In this document: one piece after another, positions 62,480 to 64,000 of the stretch | How the letters are laid out: each line of letters starts with the position of its first letter | Position numbering within the stretch: the stretch's first letter is position 1 | Assembly (NCBI GenBank): GCA_977017645.1 | Contig: OZ360222.1 | Location: 228,904,001-228,968,000, forward strand | Direction of reading: 5' to 3' | DNA length: 64,000 nt | Origin: Torpedo marmorata | Lineage: Eukaryota | Program-made: the position numbers and the translations under genes | Notes under the pieces: generated by a model | Database searches by the model: none | Seen by the model: the letters and a program-made list of their open reading frames with translations, nothing else | What the model was told of the DNA's origin: nothing

Positions 62480-63600
62480 CTTCTCTGACTCTTCCCCTCC
62501 CTTTCTCAATTTCTCCATCTCCATTCCAGGGGATGGGCTGGTGGCCAGGATCTCAGTAAAGCTGATGGGCTCTGAAAGCAACCTCCTCCCACACTGCTTC
62601 CTGAAGAGATTCTCTTCCTCTGTGGTACTTGTTCTGATGATCTCACTGTCTAGACCAGAGTTTCTCAGGTGAATCCCCTTTTGTGCAAACGTGGATTATC
62701 CTCGAGTTTTATAGACAGGACTCACAAAAGGGTTTGTTTCATCTCCCCTCTGCCTTTCCCCCCATGCAGAGCCGATGAGCATTCCCCTTATCCTCACTTT
62801 CCTACCTACCAGCCTTCACATTCAATGGATCATCCACTGTCATTTCTGACACCTCCAACATAATGTGACACCAGGCATATTTTCCCCTCCCTTTTCAGGA
62901 TTCAGCAGAGATTCCCTCCCAGTTTATTTTTACATCGCACCAACATTCCCCACCTTGTCATGTCACCTTTCCATGCAATTGGAATCAATGTCATTTTCCC
63001 TCCGTCCAGGGACCCAAAAAAATCCTTCCGAGTGAATTGTCTTGTATTTCTTTAGTCAGCGGTTTTCAGAGCTGAATGATGTTGTCTCCACCAGACAACC
63101 AAAGCCAGGTTTTGGGTGACCATATTGCACAGCACCTCAGTTCAGTCGACAAGGGCGACTGCCACTTTAATTCTCTATCCCCACCCCTCCACATTCTGAC
63201 CCATTGAAGCTTCATCTAAGCTCAAGGAATAGCATCTTATCTCTCACTTGGCTTCAAGCCTCAACATTGAATTCAATTATTTCAAATAATCAATTACTGC
63301 TGTCTTATATCTCACATTTCCAACATTCAGTTTATCCCTCTCTTCTGCTACTTCAGATGTAATTTCTCTCCTCTGACTTCCACTTCCAGCAGACACCCTT
63401 ATCAACCTCTTTTACCCAGCTTACATCTGTCTAGTCTTCACCCTCCCAAAGATCATTTATTTTGTTCTCTCTGGCCTATTCCCCTTTCTCTGCAACTTAA
63501 ACTTGTTTTATTTCTAACTGTTCCCTGTTCTGATGAAAACTCAACAACCCATAACATTAAATCTCTTTCTTTCACTGCAGATGCTGCCTGATCAGCAGAA
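62480..63600 (+). mobile_element. Highly degenerate Penelope (RT C-terminus, GIY-YIG, terminus)
   Basis: Remnants resembling CSDD...KRG, PLILTF.PTSLHIQ, VQGPK, LGDH.AQHL; tail CAGATGCTGCCTGATCAGCAGA. Confidence 0.7.
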
Positions 63601-64000
63601 TATTCCTTTATTGTCATGTAATAAAAACAGTGTAACATTACACAAAATTGCCTTTAGTCTGCCATAAGGCAGACAGATTCACCATCAGCAGAAATTGCCG
63701 GGAGCCTCTTACAGTCAGAGAAAGAGAAGTAAAAGAGAGTCCCCGCAGAGTCACCAAGTGTCCGTGGATTCGCCTCCAGCGCTTCTGCATTAATTTGCCT
63801 GTGACGGTATTACATTGCTACAAAGTTGACAAGCCACATTACTCTCCTGTCCAATCAACATCACCTGATGAACATCCACATTGATACACAAATAACACTA
63901 TCTCCATATTAAAGATGCTCAAGATTCCATTTATTGCCATGTACACAAAATACACAATAATCTTTCCTTTGCCCTGTAAAGAAGAGATTACTGGACTTGA

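Overview
Eukaryotic, repeat-dominated DNA with no securely identifiable host gene. The repeat mix (tRNA-derived V-SINE/HE1-like SINEs, CR1, Rex1/Babar, AT-rich L1, Penelope, Harbinger) suggests a cartilaginous fish; this is an inference. Main structures: (1) 1576-15763, a Gmr1-like Gypsy LTR retrotransposon (tRNA-Pro PBS, SCAN-like gag, integrase upstream of RT) that starts with one LTR type, ends with a different LTR type and is followed by the tail of the first type; it holds two L1 insertions (one with a 50-bp TSD) and a nearly intact Rex1/Babar LINE whose N-terminus has a YxxxxLL eIF4E-binding-like motif. (2) 16-28 kb, SINEs, MITEs, an L1, a ~440-bp inverted duplication and a cargo-carrying hAT element. 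(3) 39.4-44.2 kb, an L1 inside a two-gene Harbinger inside a Rex1 3' UTR, plus a related MITE. (4) 47098-55337, a short-LTR Gypsy (tRNA-Ser PBS, 5-bp TSD, TG...TA ends) containing a 3.5-kb Penelope element. (5) 58.9-63.6 kb, CR1, L1 and Penelope remnants. Penelope tails across the window carry minimal hammerhead-ribozyme-like motifs in single, tandem and fold-back arrangements. Two weak candidate minus-strand host exons lie at 1194-1293 and 261-311. All coordinates and alignments were read by eye.
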